A stretch of DNA of 64,000 nucleotides from Spirochaetia bacterium (lineage in GTDB: Bacteria > Spirochaetota > Spirochaetia > UBA9216), in NCBI GenBank assembly GCA_963677925.2, contig CAXXYH010000004.1:2464001-2528000 (forward strand). The letters run 5' to 3'. The notes under the pieces were generated by a model. That model was given only the letters and a program-made list of their open reading frames with translations, did no database searches and was not told the DNA's origin. The translations under genes and the position numbers were made by a program. This document shows positions 59,943 to 64,000 of this stretch, one piece after another; position 1 is the stretch's first letter; each line of letters begins with the position of its first letter.

Positions 59943-60758
59943 ATGAAAACAGATAAGAAATTTCTTTATGAGACTACTCTTGAGTATCTTGAAGCTATCA
60001 CAAGTAATGATGTCTCAAGACTTCCTCTTGCTGCTGAGTGCAGGATGACTGTAAACGGGAAGAATACCAGCCCGGGAAACAGCCCTGTATGGGGAAGTCC
60101 CAGAAGAATACCCTACCGCCAGAGTTTTGTTGACCCTGTTACAGGATCATCTGTTTTTTTTGGAATTATTACAAACACTACAACCACACATGCAGGTTTC
60201 GGTGAGAAATGGTGGCTGTATACAGTAAGACTTAAAACAGAATCAGGACTGATCACCGAGATTGAAGAAATTATTAATGATAATACTTTTGCACACTACG
60301 AAAGAAAGCCATGGGAGATGACCCCGAATCAGGCTTTCAGCCATATACTTCCGGAAGACGAACGTCTTGATCGTGAGAGTCTTATTACTGTTGTAGAAAG
60401 CTACTGGAATGCTGTTGAAAGAAGTGTAGACGGTTTCAGTGTACCATTTCATCCGGATGCTGTCAGATATGAGTGCGGCACCATTACAACCGACGCAAAG
60501 AATTTTCCCAACAGCGCACGCGGAGATTTTATTAAGGCTGAAAACGCCGGATGGAGGTGGAGGGTACTTAACCGGAGATATCCTGTAATTGATACCGATA
60601 GGGGTGTGGTAGTCTCCTACGGTGAACTGAGCATGACGGACAGCACAAATCCGGATTTTCTTCCCTGTATAGTTACCGAGGTATTTAAAATCGAATCAGG
60701 CTTGATTAAGGAGCTTAATGCGTTCTTCTATGCCGGCGAAAGTGTTTCTAACTGGTAG
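59943..60758 (+). CDS. Hypothetical protein, probable tandem NTF2/SnoaL-like fold
   Basis: Two internally similar halves (YLEAI..LPLAAECRMTVNG..RLKTESGLITEIE; YWNAV..VPFHPDAVRYECG..FKIESGLIKEL). Confidence 0.6.
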   Translation: MKTDKKFLYETTLEYLEAITSNDVSRLPLAAECRMTVNGKNTSPGNSPVWGSPRRIPYRQSFVDPVTGSSVFFGIITNTTTTHAGFGEKWWLYTVRLKTESGLITEIEEIINDNTFAHYERKPWEMTPNQAFSHILPEDERLDRESLITVVESYWNAVERSVDGFSVPFHPDAVRYECGTITTDAKNFPNSARGDFIKAENAGWRWRVLNRRYPVIDTDRGVVVSYGELSMTDSTNPDFLPCIVTEVFKIESGLIKELNAFFYAGESVSNW

Positions 60759-60766
60759 AACCGGAG

Positions 60767-63046
60767 ATGGAAATGGAAATTGATATAAAAAAAATTCTCG
60801 GTGCAATGACCACCGAGGATAAAGCTGCTATTTGTTCCGGTCAGGATTTTTTTACCACTAAAGCTTTAGAGGAATATGATATACCTTCAATTCTTCTCTC
60901 TGACGGACCCCATGGTCTTCGCAAGCAGAGTGAGAATGCTGATTTTCTGGGAATTAACGAAAGTATTAAATCGACCTGTTTTCCTACAGAAGCAACACTG
61001 GCATGTTCATTTGATCGGGAACTGATTCATGAAGTCGGGGCAGCTCTGGGAGCCGAATGCCAGGCTGAGGGTGTGGGCGTACTTCTGGGGCCTGCCGTGA
61101 ATATAAAACGCTCTCCGCTGTGCGGAAGGAATTTTGAATATTTTTCTGAAGACCCCTATTTAACATCTGAACTGGCTACCGCCTATATAGAAGGGCTTCA
61201 ATCTCAGGGTGTAGGCGCCTGTATCAAGCATTTTGCTGCAAACAATCAGGAAGATTTCAGGCTGTCGGTTGATGTGAAAATTGATGAAAGAACCCTAAGA
61301 GAGATTTATCTTTCCAGTTTTGAGAAACCTGTAAAAGAAGCCAGGCCCTGGTCGGTGATGTGTGCATACAATAAACTCAACGGCGTATACTGTTCCGAGA
61401 ATAAGATTCTTCTCACTGATATTCTTAGACAACAATGGGGTTTTGAAGGCTTTGTTGTATCCGACTGGGGAGCTGTAGCACACAGGGTAGAAGGCATAAT
61501 GGCGGGACTGAATCTTGAAATGCCTCCCAGCGGAAAGTTAAATGATGCAAAAATTCTGAAAGCTCTTGATAGTGGAGAACTTGATCCAGTTTTGCTTGAT
61601 AAGTCTGTTGAAGAGCTTTTAAAAATAGTATTCAAATCTGCAGAGAACAGAAAAACCGGTATTGCAGCCGATCTTGAAAAACACCATGAACTTGCCAAGC
61701 GTGCCGCATCCGAGAGTATGGTTCTGTTAAAAAATGAAGATTCTATACTCCCTCTTGATAATAAACGTTCAATTGCTGTTATCGGTGAAATGGCAATGTC
61801 ACCGAGGTTTCAGGGCGCGGGAAGCTCTCATGTAAACCCTGCCTACCGTGAGAACATATATAAAATGATGCTTGAGAAGTCGGCAGATTTAAGTTTTTCG
61901 GCTGGATATAAAATCAACAGCGATTTGACAGATGACTCCCTGCTGCAGAAGGCGGTCTCTACAGCAGAAGCAGCGGAAACTGCAGTTATATTTGCAGGGC
62001 TTATTGAAGAATATGAATCAGAAGGCTATGACCGATCACATATGAGACTGCCTGACAGCCACATTGAATTAATTGAAGCGGTTTCTGCGGTTCAGCCCAA
62101 TACAGTAGTTGTTCTTGCAAACGGTGCCCCGGTTGAAATGCCCTGGGCAGCAAGGGTAAAGGGGCTGCTGGAAGGATATCTTGGCGGTCAGGCTCTTGGC
62201 GGCGCTATAGCAGATATTCTTTTCGGCGATGTGAACCCCTGCGGAAAGCTGGCTGAAACTTTTCCCGAGAAACTGAGTCATAATCCGTCATACTGCAATT
62301 TCCCGGGCTCAGGTAAAACCGTGGAGTACAGAGAAGGACTTTTTATCGGTTACAGGTATTATGATAAGAAAGGAATAAAACCACTCTGGCCCTTCGGCTA
62401 CGGCCTTTCCTACACCAGCTTTGAATATAGTTCTCTGGAACTGGATAAGAATCAAATGACCGATAAAGACTTTCTTTCTCTAAGTTTTAAGGTTAAAAAT
62501 ACAGGAACTGTACAGGGAAAAGAAATTGTTCAGCTTTATGTTGGTAAAAACTCGGCAAGAATAATCAGAGCTCCGCGGGAATTAAAAGGTTTTCAAAAAA
62601 TAAGTCTTAAGCCGGGTGAACAAAAAACTGTCAGATTTAAATTGGAGAAAAGAGCATTTGCATATTACGATGAAGAACTGTCCGACTGGTCAGTTGAAGG
62701 CGGTGAATATCAAATTATGGCCGCATCATCATCTGCAGATATCAGACTGACAGGTACAGTCCAAATTAAAAATACTGAAAGAAAGAAGACTGCCTATACC
62801 CGTTTTTCAACTATCGGAGAAATCATGGATGATCCGGAGCAGCAGACTGTCCTGGCAGAATTAATTGACTACCTAAGCGTTGAAGGTGCCTTACTTTACA
62901 ATACAAGCGACAACAAAAAAATGGGCGATGGAATGGTTAGAGGAATGCCTCTGTGTACCCTGTATTCCTATTCTAATGCCTGTTTTGATGAAGAAAAGCT
63001 TCAGTACATACTAAAACAACTCAACAAAACTTCCAGGGAGAACTGA
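60767..63046 (+). CDS. GH3 beta-glucosidase
   Basis: SDGPHGLRKQ, GRNFEYFSEDP, KHFAANNQE, VVSDW nucleophile, ESEGYDR, PFGYGLSYT, Fn3-like domain. Confidence 0.95.
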   Translation: MEMEIDIKKILGAMTTEDKAAICSGQDFFTTKALEEYDIPSILLSDGPHGLRKQSENADFLGINESIKSTCFPTEATLACSFDRELIHEVGAALGAECQAEGVGVLLGPAVNIKRSPLCGRNFEYFSEDPYLTSELATAYIEGLQSQGVGACIKHFAANNQEDFRLSVDVKIDERTLREIYLSSFEKPVKEARPWSVMCAYNKLNGVYCSENKILLTDILRQQWGFEGFVVSDWGAVAHRVEGIMAGLNLEMPPSGKLNDAKILKALDSGELDPVLLDKSVEELLKIVFKSAENRKTGIAADLEKHHELAKRAASESMVLLKNEDSILPLDNKRSIAVIGEMAMSPRFQGAGSSHVNPAYRENIYKMMLEKSADLSFSAGYKINSDLTDDSLLQKAVSTAEAAETAVIFAGLIEEYESEGYDRSHMRLPDSHIELIEAVSAVQPNTVVVLANGAPVEMPWAARVKGLLEGYLGGQALGGAIADILFGDVNPCGKLAETFPEKLSHNPSYCNFPGSGKTVEYREGLFIGYRYYDKKGIKPLWPFGYGLSYTSFEYSSLELDKNQMTDKDFLSLSFKVKNTGTVQGKEIVQLYVGKNSARIIRAPRELKGFQKISLKPGEQKTVRFKLEKRAFAYYDEELSDWSVEGGEYQIMAASSSADIRLTGTVQIKNTERKKTAYTRFSTIGEIMDDPEQQTVLAELIDYLSVEGALLYNTSDNKKMGDGMVRGMPLCTLYSYSNACFDEEKLQYILKQLNKTSREN

Positions 63047-63048
63047 GA

Positions 63049-64000
63049 ATGAAGAATTACGATAATCTGTTAAAACCTATAAAAGTGAACAGCCTGTTTT
63101 TAAAAAACAGAATTATAGCAGCTCCTATGGGAGGAGGATTTGTAGAACGTCATAAAATAGAGAACATTGCAGCCAAGGCTCGCGGCGGAGCTGCAGTAGT
63201 TGTGCTTGGAAGCTGTAATGTTGATAATGACCGCTCCTTCATCGCCCCCGGCTGGCCCGGACTTTACGAACCCTATATGGAAATTTATATGGATCAGCTG
63301 AATATTATCCATATGTACGGGGCGAAGGCTTCGATAGAGCTGATGCATGCAGGGCTTTGGGCCATCACTGATCATGTGGGTAAAAACCCGCTCGGACCGG
63401 TTACTATGAAAAGAACAATCGGCAAGGATGCTGATGATGCCCAGATAGACGGAATGACTCTGGAAGATATGAACAGGGTTGCAGACAGCTTCGCCGAATC
63501 TGCCTTAAGTGCAAAAAAACTGGGCTTTGACATCTGTATGCTTCACTTTGCCCATGGCTGGCTGCCAGCGCAGTTTCTTTCTCCAAAATTTAATAAAAGG
63601 ACCGATGAATTCGGCGGAAGTTTTGAAAACCGGATACGTTTTCCGATGATGATAGTGGACAGAGTCCGTAAAGCGGTCGGTCCTGATTATCCTATTGACA
63701 TGAGAATCAGCGGTGATGAACGCTGTGAAGATGGAATGGATCCGGATGAAGTGATACGCTTTGTTCAGCAGATACAGAGTAAAATCGATATGATACATGT
63801 CTCATCAGGAATCGATAAGTATTTCGATCTGACTACATGGGTCGAATCTCCGCAGTTATACCCTCATCTGATAAACGTTGAACTTGCTGCAGCTATGAAG
63901 AAGGCGGTGAAAATTCCTGTCACTGTTGTCGGCGGTATCACAATGCCTGATGAAGCTGAGAAAATACTGGCAGATGGAAAGGCAGACTTTATAGCAATGG
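63049..64000 (+). CDS. NADH:flavin oxidoreductase (old yellow enzyme family), N-terminal part
   Basis: Not in the ORF track (open at the window end). Manual translation: MKNYDNLLKPIKVNSLFLKNRIIAAPM..KARGGAAVV..ELMHAG..LHFAHGWLPAQFLSPKFNKRTDEFGGSFENRIRF..IPVTVVGGI..GKADFIAM. Confidence 0.92.
   Translation, partial: MKNYDNLLKPIKVNSLFLKNRIIAAPMGGGFVERHKIENIAAKARGGAAVVVLGSCNVDNDRSFIAPGWPGLYEPYMEIYMDQLNIIHMYGAKASIELMHAGLWAITDHVGKNPLGPVTMKRTIGKDADDAQIDGMTLEDMNRVADSFAESALSAKKLGFDICMLHFAHGWLPAQFLSPKFNKRTDEFGGSFENRIRFPMMIVDRVRKAVGPDYPIDMRISGDERCEDGMDPDEVIRFVQQIQSKIDMIHVSSGIDKYFDLTTWVESPQLYPHLINVELAAAMKKAVKIPVTVVGGITMPDEAEKILADGKADFIAM

Noticed and set aside
1-64000. CRISPR arrays, tRNA/rRNA, IS elements, prophage or defence systems
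   Set aside because: No regularly spaced repeats, RNA gene signatures, transposases, integrases or phage genes were seen by eye; not confirmed computationally.

Overview
This 64-kb window looks like ordinary chromosome from an anaerobic, fermentative diderm bacterium. Gene content and lipoprotein signal style suggest a free-living Spirochaetaceae member (inference). I found no rRNA, tRNA, CRISPR, transposase or phage. In order, it holds: a Yip1/TolC/MFP/MacB-type export operon; an RND efflux operon; a sigma54-driven dppBCDF transporter with no binding-protein gene; an EAL protein; an orphan 4-hydroxybutyryl-CoA dehydratase-like enzyme; a Ni-permease-hypB-(frameshifted Fe-S flavoprotein)-hypA-membrane protein operon with no [NiFe]-hydrogenase; PFOR; a sugar kinase/dehydrogenase pair with LacI; a trimeric [FeFe]-hydrogenase whose NuoF-like subunit is fused to a GltD-like module; signalling proteins (GNAT-histidine kinase fusion, double-CZB chemoreceptor); a sigma54-driven Nif11-like small protein; and an AraC-linked sugar ABC/GH3/old-yellow-enzyme cluster. 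The strongest leads are the HypAB/Ni-permease operon as a candidate new nickel-dependent Fe-S flavoenzyme, and a sigma54 regulon marked by an identical TACATTTATGTA inverted repeat at two loci 41 kb apart. All calls come from motif recognition by eye; no database searches were run.
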